A stretch of DNA of 64,000 nt from Octopus sinensis (GCF_006345805.1 NC_043010.1:40858001-40922000); one strand, 5' to 3'; positions 26,468 to 40,850 are shown, counted from the stretch's first letter. A program made the numbers and translations. Notes: generated from the letters alone by a model not told the origin.

Positions 26468-27559
26468 CAAACAAGAGATTATTACGTTAATCTACTTGAT
26501 ACGACCATTCCCATATAGATATAAAAATATTTTAGTATATTAGCGTGTCACCGTGTATTAATGTTTATCTAAGTGAGTATGAGGAAGTACGTCATTGTGT
26601 GTGTGTGTGTATTCTTATTTCATCATATTATTTTTGAGAACTTACTTTCACATCAGCAATCCAAGAGATATCTTAATACCCGAATCATACCCCCCCCTTA
26701 TATATTTACTCTCGTTTATTTGTTTCCTTTGTTCTTCGCAAATTATCGAAAACTCTTTTGAGTCTTGTCTTGATGATCGTTAATGTAGCAATAACGGTTT
26801 CACTCATAATGAGTGAAATCACCATGCAGAAGGAAGAAGCGTAAAGTAGGTAGCCAGCTCTATTGCCTTGTATACCGTGCAAAGACCCATTTGTGTATCT
26901 GTGTGTGAGAGAGAGAGAGAGAGACGAACGGACGGACGGACTAGACAGAGGAGGAAAAGTACATCAAATGTATATAATCATTTATTTATTTCAGTCGTTC
27001 GTCTGTGACCATGCTAGAGCACAACATTTTAGGGTCGGTCGAAAAAATAGACTTCAGTACGAAGTTTGGCGCTTATTTTATCGGTTCAGTTTACGGAACC
27101 GTTAGTTTATGGGGTGTAAGCGAACCAACGTAGGTTGTCAAGCCCTAGAGAGACAAGGAGAAAGACAGTCACACTCAAATATACACAGATAGATAGATAG
27201 ATAGAGAGAGAGCGATGCAATATACAAAGGGCTTCCGTCTACCAAATTAATTCATAAAGCATTAATAGGTTTGGTGCTATAGTAAAAGATATTACCCAAG
27301 GTGCCACGCGCTATGACTAAACCCGAAACCACATGGTTACGAACCGAACTTCATAAACTTACAGCATTTCTATATATTTTTTAGGAATCTTATTGATTTT
27401 TAAAAACCATTACTATTAGCAATATAATTTTCATATTATTTCCTATAATATATAATTATCATATTAGTTCCCGTCAAATACTGGAAGCAATCGATTTTAT
27501 CGACTAATCCATTCCCCTAAAAATTACTGACCTTTTGCCTAAATCATAAGCCATTAAGT

Positions 27560-27966
27560 ACAGCGAGGTAGCAGAATCGTTACCATACACTAACGATTCT
27601 GCTTTACGTTCCAGTTTTAAGTTCCGCCAAGGTCGACTTTGTCTTTTATCCTTTCGGAGCCCATGAAATAAGTACCAGATAAATACAGGGGTCGATGTAA
27701 TCGACAACACACCTACTCCCAATTTCCAGGCCTTGTCTGTAATAGATAGGATTACTGACGAGCCGACAGAATCGTTAGCATTCCAGGGCAACACGCTTAG
27801 CGGCATTTCGTCTGTCTCAATGTTCCGAGTTCAAATTCACCGAGGTCGTCTTTGACTTTCATCCCTTTCGGGTCAATAAATTAAGTACAATTTGATCACT
27901 CGAATCGATACAATCGACTTACCCCCTGCACCGAACTCGCTGATCTTGTACCAAAATTTGAAACCA
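27560..27966 (+). mobile_element. Two tandem diverged SINE family A copies
   Basis: Heads near 27565 and 27760, each followed by B box, body and tail. Confidence 0.8.
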
Positions 27967-28717
27967 TTATTATTATTATTATTATTATTATTATCATTAT
28001 TGTTAACGCTACCACTACTACTATTGATGACAAAATTAATGATCGTGATGGTTATTGTGATTGTGCTATTGTGAAGCCACTTCTCGGTTCCCAGGTTTCC
28101 AGGAATCCGTACAGCAGAGATGATAAGTGAACAAACATAGAAAAAATACGTGTTCTACTTGGAGACTACTTGTGTGTCAGTTAGCAAAATCATATTTCAT
28201 TTCCTGTGCAACCAGTGAAATTTTCGTATTCATTAAATAACACTAAACGCCCAAACAAACCGCCTCTCTTCACACTCAGCTACCACACATCTCAACACTT
28301 CTTCCCTACATTGGTTCAATATGTCAACTTGTTTGTTAGGCAGACAAATTGGTGTTATAAACCAACCCACCCCGCTACATACCACTTTTCAAACTCAACA
28401 CCTCCTCCATATTCTCCCATAATTCGTTTTCTTTCATGCGTTTCTTCTTTCTTCTCTTCACCCACTTAATCTTCTTGAAAAAAAAAATCTTTCTCGATAC
28501 CATCCTTATCATTCATCTTTTGTTTTTCTCACTGTTGCTGTCATTAATTATTTACCAAGATTTCGTCTCTAAATTCCATTGTTCAGAGTTTCAAATCTCG
28601 CAGAAGTGATTTTTACGCTATAAGCCTATCTTATTTGAAGAAATTGTATATCAAAAACTATTATTGAACTAATGAGCTCTGCGATTCAACCGAACGTTGG
28701 CTGAAGAAGAAGAAAAA

Positions 28718-28718
28718 G

Positions 28719-28762
<44 letters not shown>

Positions 28763-28843
28763 CATGTTTTTCCTTCTTTCTTCAGATTTTTTTCCGTTTC
28801 TCGCCGAGTGTTTTCCATACACCTAGGGCAGAAATTATTATTA

Positions 28844-28883
<40 letters not shown>

Positions 28884-28968
28884 CATTATTATTATTATTA
28901 TCACTATTATTATTATTATTATTATTATCATTATTATTATTATCATTATTATTATTATTATTATTCAC
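28718..28968. repeat. (ATT)n/(ATC) arrays
   Basis: Two interrupted trinucleotide runs; they explain the poly-L/Y/N ORFs here. Confidence 0.9.
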
Positions 28969-30289
28969 CTTATAGCAAATGTCCTAGATATAAAACAGCA
29001 TGTAAATGACAGCAACGTTGTCTTGCAAATGGAGCAGCTGCTATGCTGAACTAGAAGTTTTAAATTGTTATCCCTCAGTGTATCTGACAAGATACTGGAA
29101 CAGATTTATGGATGATTCGTGTTCTGTTACAGATGTGGCTCGTGCTGCGTTCGACCCTTGGTTGATGCTGCATCAGTCTAGTTATCCCATGTGTAGATCA
29201 AAACATGTGTCAACACAGATGCCTCTGCTTAGTCTCTACCTGCTAGAAATGAGGATCAAATCTCACTGAAATTTAAACTACCTTCTAAAATAGGGATGGT
29301 CGTATCAGTTAACGTAAGCCTTGATACTTATCTAAAAGGGAAAAGGCAGAATGGTCTCGTAGAATGATCTTCCATCCGCAAATAACAGTCGAACGATGGA
29401 ACGTTACTACAAGTAATCAATTGGTTTTGATGTTTTCGTTATTATCATTACTGCTGCTGCTAACTCGCTCATCCTGTTTTATAAGATATTAAAAGATACA
29501 TACATCGAAGGATAGGCGCCGAGTTTAATTATTTTGTATCTTTCGAAAATTCTCTATTAATGAATAAATTCCGTATTAAGTAAACTTTTGAATTGTTTAA
29601 AATCCTGTAACACCTGTATATAATAATTGCGGATATAAACGTTGGTTGGTTGGTTGATTTCTCTGGTCACGCTTTACAGCGTTGAAAAGAGAGAGGGAAG
29701 TGAAAGTAAAAGAGAGATACAGAGAGAGGTAACAATAGGTGCAAGATGAGTGCTTATTCAATTTGGAGCCCTGCCAACTATTTTGATTCTTATAATTTTA
29801 TTAAAAATAGAGGTTTTTATGAAGAATTTGAGAGACAAGTTCTCGATGATAGTGTTGATGAAATTTACTAAAAGTACAACATATTTACTACACCTATACA
29901 AACGTGAGATTTATTTAATTTTCAAAGGAAAAAATATTTTCTACATGTCAATAAAATTAAATGAGTCTTCATCCCATCATTTTCTATAAGCACCAAGAAA
30001 TTTGATAAATTACAATTATTGCACCTTTGCGATATTTCCTGATATTATCCATGCTAGCAAATGGGTGTTTCCAACGTTACCCCTCATATGATGGCTAACA
30101 CTCTAGTGCTATAACATTGAATAAATTCTTGGGTTTTTAAAAACTATACAACTCAAAATAAAATATGGGTTATCTCATAGGGCTTACTACTTTGGGAAAA
30201 GTTCTCTTAAGGGCGTGGCATCCATGAAATGGATACTGGTATTTGCATAACCGTGGCAATGTTATCAAAACATATATAAAATAGATTAT

Positions 30290-30725
30290 CAGGCATGGCT
30301 GTGTGGTAAGCAGTTTACGTCCCAACCACATGGTTCCGTTTTCAGTTTCAATGCGAGGCACCTTGGGTAATTCTCTCCTGCCTTGTAGATGACCAAGCTT
30401 TTTTAATTAACTTGGTACATGGAAACAAGAAGTTAGTGTTGTATAAATGTGTGTGTGTGTGTGTGTTTTGTGTGTGTGTCATTGTGTGTGCCTGTTTATC
30501 TATGTGCGTCTTTTCATATGTTTAACTTTGTGTTTGTGCCCCACTACCACTTGACAACCGGTGTTGGTTTCTTTATGTTTCCATAAGTTAGTTGTTTGTC
30601 AAGAGAAACCGATATAATAAATACCTGGCTTTAAAAAATAAGGGCTGATTCGAGTTGTTCGACTAGACCCTTCGAGACGGTGCTCCAGCATGACTGCAAT
30701 TCAATGACTGAAACAAGTAAAAGAT
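30290..30725 (+). mobile_element. SINE family B, diverged
   Basis: Head ggcatggctgtgtggtaag, GT spacer, tail gctccagcatgactgcaattcaatgactgaaacaag. Confidence 0.8.
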
Positions 30726-30842
30726 AAACGATAATTCTGTCACTTTTCTGTCCTACGATGTTATCACTGAATTCATTTGAGGTTTCATCGTCTACATCAC
30801 CGACATCTATAATGTCAAGTGTGCATACACACACACATACAC

Positions 30843-30886
<44 letters not shown>

Positions 30887-30902
30887 CACACACACACATA
30901 TG

Positions 30903-30951
<49 letters not shown>

Positions 30952-30967
30952 CATACACACACACATA

Positions 30968-31023
<56 letters not shown>

Positions 31024-31027
<4 letters not shown>

Positions 31028-31150
31028 ACATTACTATACATAAATGTCTCACGCTAGGAGGGACACTTACATTCAAAACTACCATATATTACGATAGTTT
31101 CGAATGTAAGTCCCTCCTGGCGCGAGGCCTTTATGTATAGTAATGCCCTT
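31024..31150. repeat. Imperfect inverted repeat, about 58-bp arms
   Basis: aaggacattactatacataaatgtctcacgctaggagggacacttacattcaaaactacc pairs with gatagtttcgaatgtaagtccctcctggcgcgaggcctttatgtatagtaatgccctt. Confidence 0.9.
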
Positions 31151-31606
31151 AATATAAATAAATATATTTAAGAGGAATAATTGATGGATTTTCCCTTATG
31201 AAGTTTTTCACGCTACTTGATAAATTCTTATAAAGATTTTATCCTATTTTTCAATTATATACATGTGTGAGTGTGAGTGTGTGTGTGTGTGTGAGTGTGT
31301 GTGTGAGTACTGTCTTTGTGCATATTTCCTTTTATCAAATTGGATAGCAATGTTTATGGCTTTGCAGATTTCTCTTTTACTTAGTCTGTAAAAATAATGC
31401 CAGGCTTGTTTGCCGTGATCGTTTTAATGTTGCTCCATTGAGCTGCTTATATAAATGGCGTCTTGATCATGGTTGTAGGCTGGATCAATGTTGTAGTTGC
31501 ATCATATACCTAAGCTCAGTGAACACATTTTTTACCAAATTTAGTTAGTAGACGTATAGGCATAGCATCTTACTCACGTTCTCTCCCCATCTCTCACCCT
31601 ATATAT

Positions 31607-31850
31607 ATAGTGAGAATTTAAAAAGAAAACAAAAGACGAAGACGAGTGTATAAAGAACAAACACATGTATTAGTTTAATGCTCGGGAAGTGAGAAAGTCT
31701 TTTACGTTTCGAGCCTACGCTCTTCGACAGAAAAGAACACAGAAATAAACAAGGAGAGAAAATAGAAAAAGGTTTAGTGGCTAGCAATCTATCATGGCGA
31801 ATGCCGGACGGTGGGGATCACACAGGAGAGCTAGGATGAAGTGGGGATAT
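31607..31850 (-). mobile_element. Penelope-like terminal repeat fragment with hammerhead-like core
   Basis: Minus strand CTGTCGA-A-GAGC-GTAG-GCTC-GAAAC near 31706-31730; homologous to 3013-3182. Confidence 0.6.
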
Positions 31851-33420
31851 ATATATATATAATTGTTCTGTTATGAGTGCTCAACGGAGATCATTATTAT
31901 AACATATTTCTGTATGGCGATACAGTCCCAAATCTCTTCATGATGTCCGATATATATGTTGGCATATCGGCTGGTTGATTTCTCTAGTCACTCTTTACAT
32001 CGTATAGAAAGAGAAGAGAGTAAACGGAGAGAGTGAGTAGAAGCGGTTCAGGACGAATGTCTTGTGACGTTCAGAAAAAATATACATAATCTGTGACATT
32101 TTGCAGAGACATTAGAAAAATAATAACGTATTGCAAAGATACAAAAAGAAATTTATTTATTTAATTATATTTTACAGTAAATATTCTCTTTTACAAAATT
32201 AGTATTCATTTCACCAATTCTTATAAGCTTATAATCTTTTAGATATTTGATAGAAGTTAAATTATAATTACCGTATGTTTTCCATGATTTTTTTTTATAT
32301 ATGGCGCTGGATTAACCATTAAACAGAATAAGCACGTGCTCAGAGCTTCAACGACAAGTGGCACCACAAAAATGATAACTGGTTTAGGACACAAAAGAAA
32401 TCACTTTAGACTTGCTAAAATATTATTCGATGTGGTTTATATGATCGGAAATATAATTTCAAAGTGTTTATAGTGATCAAAGAATTTTCAATTAAGAAAA
32501 AAAGTAGGATAAAAGTTTTCAAATATAAAGTGGAAGTATACAAAAATATACATTATTTTTCAACTTACTGTTGTTTTCGTTTCATTTTGAAAGCTAAAAA
32601 ATTATTTTATGGCTTATTACTCTTTGTTTTAAATTATATACACATGGGAGCAGTAAAATATTTTATGAAGTTAGGGCCTCTATCGGTCTTAATCCAACCC
32701 TACTGATATTACTCACGATTTCAAAAGTATACCTCCAAAGGTAGCCATCACGTGACGGATAACATTCTAGTACTGATATAAAACAGTTGAACTAAAACGC
32801 TGATATGGAAGTACTTATCATGTATAAAGTTCCTTTTCTTTTTTGTTTTCTTTGCTTTGCCATCGCTTTTAAGGTAGATTAAAATAAATACCAGTAATAT
32901 AGCAATTGTATTTAAGTCGATAAAACCATCCGAAAAAGTCAGTGACCAACAGTATGAAATGCAACGTGTCTGTTGTTTATCGTCTAAATTCAAAAGCTGG
33001 TGTAGATTGTTCATGGTTCAGTTAAGGGAAGGCAAGTTCTTAATTATGTCCAACGGAGCGTGAGTACGAAAAAGAGAAAAACATGATGTTGATGTCCTGC
33101 TGAGACTAGTGCCATTGATTTATGCATTGGAGAATATATCATTAACGACATACGAATATCCAGGCGCAAGCGAATATATTCTGCTCTTGTAATTTGTCAA
33201 GTTATTGGATTCTAATATATTATAACAATATTAATGCTCAAGGCACATCATGGTTGCTTGTGAAACTTGAAAACTATTATCAATTTACTCCTTATTCTTC
33301 TCCTCACTCCCCCTATCTCACTCCCTCTTGTGCTTATTCTCACTTATATCTATATAAGAGATAGATAAGTAAATAGATATATTTATAATTGTATCTATAT
33401 GAATATATACATTCAAATAA

Positions 33421-33452
<32 letters not shown>

Positions 33453-33492
33453 GCGTGTGTAAAATATATATCTCTATTTCTCTTTATCTCTG

Positions 33493-33529
<37 letters not shown>

Positions 33530-33886
33530 GGTTAGGTTGAAAAGGAACACACCAGTTGATATATAAGGAAAATAAAGTCAAGGTAGAAAATGCTAAAATA
33601 ATTTTATAAAAAACATTTCAGTACCGGTTTCAGTCATTGAGACCTTTTCAACTGTAATTACGGAAAACAATTAAATTTTGGAAGGACATTTTGTATGTAT
33701 TACAGGCAGATGTAAAGGAAAATGTCCCTTGTATTTGAATACTATGCAAGTATTTTTTTAATCTATTCTTTTAATTTTTCCAAAATTTGTTTTCCATACT
33801 TACAGTTGAAAAAGTCTCAATGACTGAAACCGGTACAGAAATGTGTTTTTATAAAATTATTGTAGCATTTTCTACCTTGACTTTTT

Positions 33887-33926
<40 letters not shown>

Positions 33927-34224
33927 TAAATGAGAAATACATTTCAAGAACTATCGACTTATAAACAGAATGATTTCGACACTATGAGCCCAACCAGCAG
34001 TTTCAAACAGCATGATGCTATCACAGAATATCCGTATTCTTTTGGTTCTGACTGCAGCACGTGTTTCCTCCTTGTCGCCATCACAGAGAACTATTTTCTG
34101 CCTAAGCAACACCAGCCATACAGCAAATAATTTGTTTCACCACTCCCTCAGGATTTTTTTCTTTGCCCTCAGCATTTTTAAACAGGCAGTCTGACATATC
34201 CAGTATAAAAGTCTTCTCTCATAC

Positions 34225-34333
34225 CTCATGGTATCCCTTTCTGGTCCAACGCATGTCACATATACGTAAATTTCTAACTTGTTCCACTTGAATCTAATTG
34301 CAAACCAACGGCTTTCATCGTCTGCGGAAAGCA
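34225..34333 (-). CDS. Candidate exon (phase 1 to 2): LSADDESRWFAIRFKWNKLEIYVYVTCVGPERDTM
   Basis: Acceptor aataatatacag, donor ag|gtatga; phases link exon 44404-44719 to exon 19881-20048. Confidence 0.45.
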
Positions 34334-34516
34334 CTGTATATTATTTTCATTGTTTTACATAAGTCCTATGTCATGTCGGTCCCTCGTTTTATGTAGACAG
34401 ACATAAGTTGAAATTTCAAGGCATTTTAACTCAACAAGATTGTCTCTGCCATGTCGACAACCCATCGAATCTACCTGTATCTTCCTTCACAAACACACGC
34501 ACGGGAGCGCGCGCAC

Positions 34517-34558
<42 letters not shown>

Positions 34559-34576
34559 GTGTGTGAATATATATTG

Positions 34577-34607
<31 letters not shown>

Positions 34608-34782
34608 GGTACGTAAGATATTCGAGGACAGATTTATAAAAAGAATCAGATATATAATAATAGATAACATTATTTATCAAAAAATGTTCAGGATAAAAAT
34701 AAACCTGCTTTTCCATAATGTTATTCAGTAAAGTCACCTTCATATTCAACAACTGCTTCTATATTATGAGATATAAATAATC

Positions 34783-35455
34783 TCCATGCTCGAATCAAGT
34801 GCTCCTGGTTCATTTTGGACATTACTATGATAATGACAGCTTTCAATGAATCTTTGGTGTATGGGCGTGTCCATTGACTGCTCTCTCAAAAAACGTTCCA
34901 CGTGTAATAGTCCAATGGATTGAGATCTGGGGAATTAAGCCAAATGTTAGGGGTTATGTGATCATGAAAATTTTCAGCCAGCCATTTATGATAGTGTAGA
35001 GTCTTACTGAAACACATATGGCCTTTCATTGTATACACCGTCTATCCAGGGCTTAACAATTGTTTCCAGGACCTCGATGTAGGCGGTAGAGCTAACTCCA
35101 AGACCTTGTGGAAAGAAGTAAGGAGGCATCACATGTCCTTCATTGCTGACAACCCCTAAAATAATGACAGTTGCAGGAAATTTTGTATGCATAACACTTG
35201 GAACTTCAGAAGGGTCTGCTCATAGCCATCTGTCATTTCTCCTATTAACTTTTTGATGTAAGTTGAAGTTTTTCTCGTTTGCGGAAAACCAAATTAAATC
35301 TTCTAGATTTTTCAGTTTGTTCAGGAATCTTTCAGATCTTATGTAATGATTTTCTTTTGCTTTTTCTGACAAATTGACCTTTCTTCATCATATAAGATAT
35401 ATATCTGATGTCTTCGTGGACAACATTTTTGACTGTTCCTTCCCATAGGAACACA
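34783..35455 (-). mobile_element. maT/DD37D-type Tc1/mariner remnant
   Basis: GTVKNVVHEDIRY, IWFSANEKNFN..KVNRRNDRW, TKFPATVIILGVVSNEGHVMPPYFFPQG, VKPWIDG..RPYVFQ, NSPDLNPLDYY; disrupted by stops and frameshifts. Confidence 0.9.
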
Positions 35456-36084
35456 ATGCTGATTAATGAAACATTATAATGCAATAGTTAGGATGGGTAG
35501 ACTTTTTCTTGGTCAGTATATTAGTATATTTAATATAAATCAGTATATACAATCACATGGTTTTTAATCATTTTCATTGCAGTAATTTCCTAATTATTAC
35601 TTCTTAATTACTTTTAATTATATATAGTATTTTCTTAATTTTTTAAATAATTCTTTAAATATATTAATATTATTTTTATTAGTTTAATTATTTTTTGAAA
35701 TAATTTATAACTACAATTTTTTAATTATCTTTGAATTTTGAATTTTATTTTAAATTTAATTTTTTAAAAACTTTTAATGAAATATATATATATATTTCTA
35801 CGTAGGATTAGCGTACGATATACTTCATAATCTAATTAAATGACAAGAATCAATTAGAGTAATCTGATTTAATTTAGTCTCCTTATTTAGAACTTTATTT
35901 TCATATCCTACAATTGCTTTATCTTATCTATCATGCCTTAATTTGGAATATAATTATTCATAAGAAATTATAGTTTTCTAACTTGAAATACTCTCCCTAA
36001 TGAATACCATCTTTAATATTTTTCCTTTACAATTCTCATTAATCCAGCGTGTTATTCTATTCTCTCTGTTCTTATATAGGTGTT

Positions 36085-36303
36085 CATGTATGTGTATATG
36101 TTTTTGTATATATGCATCTATATACATGCATATATATGTACGTATGTGTATATATACATATATATATATATATGTGCATGTGTAAGTATATTTGTGTATG
36201 TATATGTATTTCTGTATATGTATATATATATATGTATATATATATATGTATATATAATATGTATATATATATGTATATATATATATTGTATATATATATT
36301 ATG

Positions 36304-36352
<49 letters not shown>

Positions 36353-36434
36353 GTGTATATATATTATATATGTATATATATATATATGTATATATATATA
36401 TTTTGTAATATATATGTATATATATATATATTTG

Positions 36435-36499
<65 letters not shown>

Positions 36500-36500
36500 T
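36085..36500. repeat. (TA)n/(TATATG)n microsatellite array
   Basis: Source of the YI/MY-rich ORFs at 36.0-36.5 kb. Confidence 0.95.
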
Positions 36501-36751
36501 CGTGTGTAAGTGAATGAACGGAACAAGAAAGTACCACTCATGACATTTCATCATAGTTATATGTATTTCAGAATAGATTTACTTAAATCTACGTTATTGT
36601 AAGATTCTTGGGCGCATAACACGTCCATCTCATTAGATGTTCGGAGGCTCTGTCTCAGGACTTGTCATGGGATACAGAAATCTTTTGTCCACGAAACGTT
36701 AAATAATGTGGAAAAGTAAACAAGACATATATATATATATATATATATTAT

Positions 36752-36920
36752 ACTACATGCATTTTTTTCTCTCCTTGTATTTTTCTGTGTATCTTTCTGT
36801 CGAAGAGCGTAGGCTCGAAACATAAAAGACTTTTTCTATTCCTGAGCGTTATACTAATACATTTGCTTGTTTGTGCTCCACCTGCCTTCGTCTTTTGTTT
36901 ATTTTCGTAAACTTCCTCTT
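36752..36920 (+). mobile_element. Penelope-like terminal repeat fragment with hammerhead-like core
   Basis: CTGTCGA-A-GAGC-GTAG-GCTC-GAAAC at about 36797-36821. Confidence 0.6.
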
Positions 36921-37391
36921 TATATATATTATATATATATATATAATGCTTGTTTAATGTATATAGTATATAGTTATGAGCTGCTAATAGTATTATACAT
37001 TGAGGAAATCAGCTAAGCAGTTTTTAAAACACGCTTAATGCCTCCAAGTAATCTCGGGCGCTGTTTTCCACTTCGCCTGGAGAATTGGAGAACATCTAAT
37101 CCAGATTGAACAGCTGTATATTGAAGACTTTGTGCCACTTGTGTTGATTATACAGCATCTTGCCTTACGGCTCTTCTGTCAAAGAAGACATAACTCTGAT
37201 TCTTCATTTTTTTTCACCATTCGACATTTTGAACCCATCTTCATTTCGTTTTTTGATAGTGATTTCGTGTGTTCTATTGACCTGATTTGTTACTTGTATA
37301 GGCCATGAGCCCAGAGCCTGTAGATAGATAATTTGGGGACACTAGGTATGATTTCTTCAATATAATGAACCGATTAGTATTTCTTAAACAT

Positions 37392-37784
37392 AGACGCAAG
37401 AGTGGCTGTGTGGTAAGTAGTTTGCTCCCCAACCACATGGTTCTGGGTTCAGTCCCACTGCGTGGCACCTTGGGCAAGTTTCTTCTACTATATCCTCGGG
37501 CCGACCAAAGCCTTGTGACTGGATTTGGTAGACGGAAACTGAAAGAAACCCATCGTATATATGTATATATGTATGTGTGTGTGTTTGTGCGTCTGTGTTT
37601 GTCCCCCAACATCGCTTGACAACCAATGCTGGTGTGTTTACGACCCCGTAACTTAGCAGTTCGGCAAAACAGACCGATAGAATAAATACCCGGCTTACAA
37701 AGAATAAGTCCTGGGGTCGATTTCCTCGATTAAAGGCGGTGCTCCAGCATGGACGCAGTCACATGACTGAAACGAGTAAAAGGG
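37392..37784 (+). mobile_element. SINE family B, well preserved
   Basis: Complete head, spacer and tail. Confidence 0.9.
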
Positions 37785-38877
37785 CATAAACTGTGTGCAT
37801 TAAACAGTATATTTCTATCACCATTTTGTATACACACACACATTTTGCATACTCTCATACACACAGACTATAATGAGAATATGAAAAAAAAACATACAAT
37901 ATTTCTGTATATACTATTCGATATGTGTGTATGTGTGTTTACATGATTTATCTGCGTGTATGTATGTGGTGTATGTGTATGTTGCATTTTTTATATGCAC
38001 CTGCGTTTTCTCACCTAAGATGTATCGCTATCTAAATGTATGACTACCCCCTATGTGGATATGTTGGTGGGGGTGAATTTGACACACATAATGTTGGAAA
38101 TTGTTTCGAAGATCTCATGTGTTAATATGACTATCGAAAAATATTTGTAGAAAGAGCGGTGGCATTTTGGGAAGATATCGGCTGATAAATAAATTATCAC
38201 TCTTAGGAACACAAGCATACATTTGCTCAAACACATGCGTACATAGAAAAGTATACTCATAAGTCTTTGTACACACGAACATACAAACACACACATATAT
38301 ATAAATATTGGTTTTATATATATATATACATACATATATATATATACATAAATATACATACATATATATACACATATATATATATATACATATATATACA
38401 TACATATATATACACATATATATATATACATATATATACATACATATATATATATATACACATATATATATACACATACATATATATATACATATATATA
38501 TATGTATATATATGAAATCAAGTGTTTTGACTTCATTTACAAAAGAAACGTGTATATAACACTTATGTTATTTTTTACACTAAAAGCTCTTTTCACTCAA
38601 AAATATATGTCAGTTTAGAAGTGCGTTATATATACGTGTGTGTCTGTGTGTTGGTGTGCTTATATATGTATATAAATGTATGTATACAAAGTTTCTTTTA
38701 AGCCATTATGAATATGCTAAAGCATGCGTTGAAAAGAATCATACTAAAAACTTACCGTTGGGTCGATGTATATATGTATGTTCGAACTGAAGTATTAATT
38801 CTGAAATGTATTGAAATGTATAAAAATCTTAACCTACCTACACACACACATACATACACACACACACACACACACAC

Positions 38878-38915
<38 letters not shown>

Positions 38916-39269
38916 TTAACTACAGATGTACAATAATGGGAAAGGACATTTTTTTACTCTCATCATATGAACTACGTTAACCCGAACAGTGTAGGTTTCA
39001 GGAAAACTATTAACTATTGGAAATATATAAATAAAGAGATGGGAAGAGAAGGAACTTAGACAGCGAGGTAGTAGAGGCAATGAGAGTGTCTCGCAATTTA
39101 GGAGTTTGGAAGTGAATTATATTTATCGTTTAGTGGGAAACAATTTGAAACGATATTTTGATAAAATATATTTAAATTGGAATTAAAGAATGGCGAATTT
39201 AATTGCTTTCCTTTAGAAAAAGTTACAGAATTTCAGCTAATTCTTGAGAAGTTGTTAGTTGTCGGAGCA

Positions 39270-39466
39270 CTGCATCCTTCAAAACTTCCATGCTTCCTGA
39301 GATTCTCCAACACTACACCTGATTTTCCCCACTCAATACACACGCAAGCATGTATCTGACTCATACACTGTTCGCTTTCCAGACATTTGTACATTACTGC
39401 ATATACTTTATATGCACTTTTGACAAGTTGTGGTGCACCTGAGCACTGTGAACAATAATTTCGTTA

Positions 39467-39470
<4 letters not shown>
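39270..39470 (+). mobile_element. Retroelement 3' end (family F)
   Basis: Homologous to 5893-6060; short ATT/TA tail. Confidence 0.75.
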
Positions 39471-39504
<34 letters not shown>

Positions 39505-39505
39505 C

Positions 39506-39832
39506 ACCTTAGGTCATGTCTGATCAAGAAATGCAGCTATAAAGTCATCCTCCGAGGCATAAGTCTGGACCAGGTTGTTTATGGACGACCAGCAGTCGCC
39601 TATGCATACCAGCCTCCCCTCTACACATCACCTATGCTATCCAGGGAAAGGCAAAGACCGATACAGCTTGACACTAGTAACGTCGCAACTCATTTCCTAC
39701 AGCTAAGTGAACAGGATTAACTTGAAATAAAGCGTCCTGCTCAAGAACACAACACACAACCTGGTCTGGGAATCGAACTCACTACCTCATGATTGTGAGC
39801 CGAACGCTCTAACCACTTAGCCATGGTCCTTC
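39506..39832 (-). mobile_element. SINE family D, diverged
   Basis: Aligns with 13632-13964. Confidence 0.85.
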
Positions 39833-39980
39833 CCTACACACATGACCCGTCCTTATTTTCTTTGTATCGTCTATCTGGATGTTTTGTTGTCCCTTTTTGT
39901 ATCACCTAGCTGTCTGGAGGTTTTGCTTTCTTGTCCCATTTTGTATTTTATATATATATACATATAATGTATATATATAT

Positions 39981-40850
39981 ACACAAGATGTGATGAGTAA
40001 ATTGTCGCCATTTTATATTTTTTATTACGCGCATGCGCATTGTTTGTTTATGGTTTTGTCGACTATACAATATAGTAGTGTCAATTGGGTACCATCTGTG
40101 AGTAAAACAGCTCCATGACGCAATTCACTCTGACAGGAATTTGGGAAATTCTTTGCTGTACTGCTTGGCATTCGCGCTAGAAGCTCCAATGCGAACATTT
40201 CAGGGTGTTCGGGTGTCAATCTGAAGACACGTACTGAGATTGATAAAAATCAAACATCCAGTCAACATCATGGTGTTTGGAGTGATCTCTAGTGATGGCG
40301 ACATTATGCCTCCATTTATCTTCCCACACGGACTCAGACTGTACTCGGAGGCCTGCATCAAGTACCTGGAGGGGGTAGTGCTGCGCTGCGTAAAGAGGGT
40401 GGCTACTGGATGACCCTATATGTGACAACAGGGCTCTGCACCATGCCGCACAAGCAGGAATACTCACTCATGGCTGTCAGACAGTTTCTGCGACCACATG
40501 ACCCCTAACATCAGGCCACCTAACTCCCTAGATTGCAACCCTCTTATTATGCTTCGGGAGCAGTTGAGCGAGAGACTAACAAAACTGCTTGTAACACCAA
40601 AGATGAACTGAAGGCAAGCCTTATGGCAGCATTCACAAACCTAAAGAAGGTGACCTTCAAGAAGTGTTGCAGGAGATTCCCAAGTCGTCTGGAGATCGAT
40701 GTTGAAGTCAGTGGTGATGGTATTGAATAAATTTACTCATTAGTATTTCAAGATATTTTTATCAAATTTATGTAAATATATCTGTTAAAATGAGACGTCA
40801 GTTTTTCACATCTGCGTAATTTAGACGACAGTTTATTCACTGCGCCATAT
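39981..40850 (+). mobile_element. Internally deleted maT/DD37D-type element with both ends
   Basis: KIKHPVNIMVFGVISSDGDIMPPFIFPHGLR..QQGSAPC..PPNSLDCNP..GAVERETNKTACNTKDELKA..SGDGIE*; degenerate TIRs gtgatgagtaaattgtcgcc and gacgacagtttattcactgc in (TA)n context. Confidence 0.9.

Noticed and set aside
29006-29269. 87-aa plus-strand ORF in non-repetitive DNA
   Set aside because: No motif, no supporting splice sites or partner exons; length is within chance expectation.
32717-32768. Possible minus-strand exon ECYPSRDGYLWRYTFEI (or NVIRHVMATFGGILLK) with gtgagt donor
   Set aside because: Good donor, but neither open phase fits between the flanking candidates without extra exons; left unresolved rather than called.
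37170-37318. Minus-strand segment with good acceptor and gtaagg donor
   Set aside because: All three frames contain stops between the two sites.
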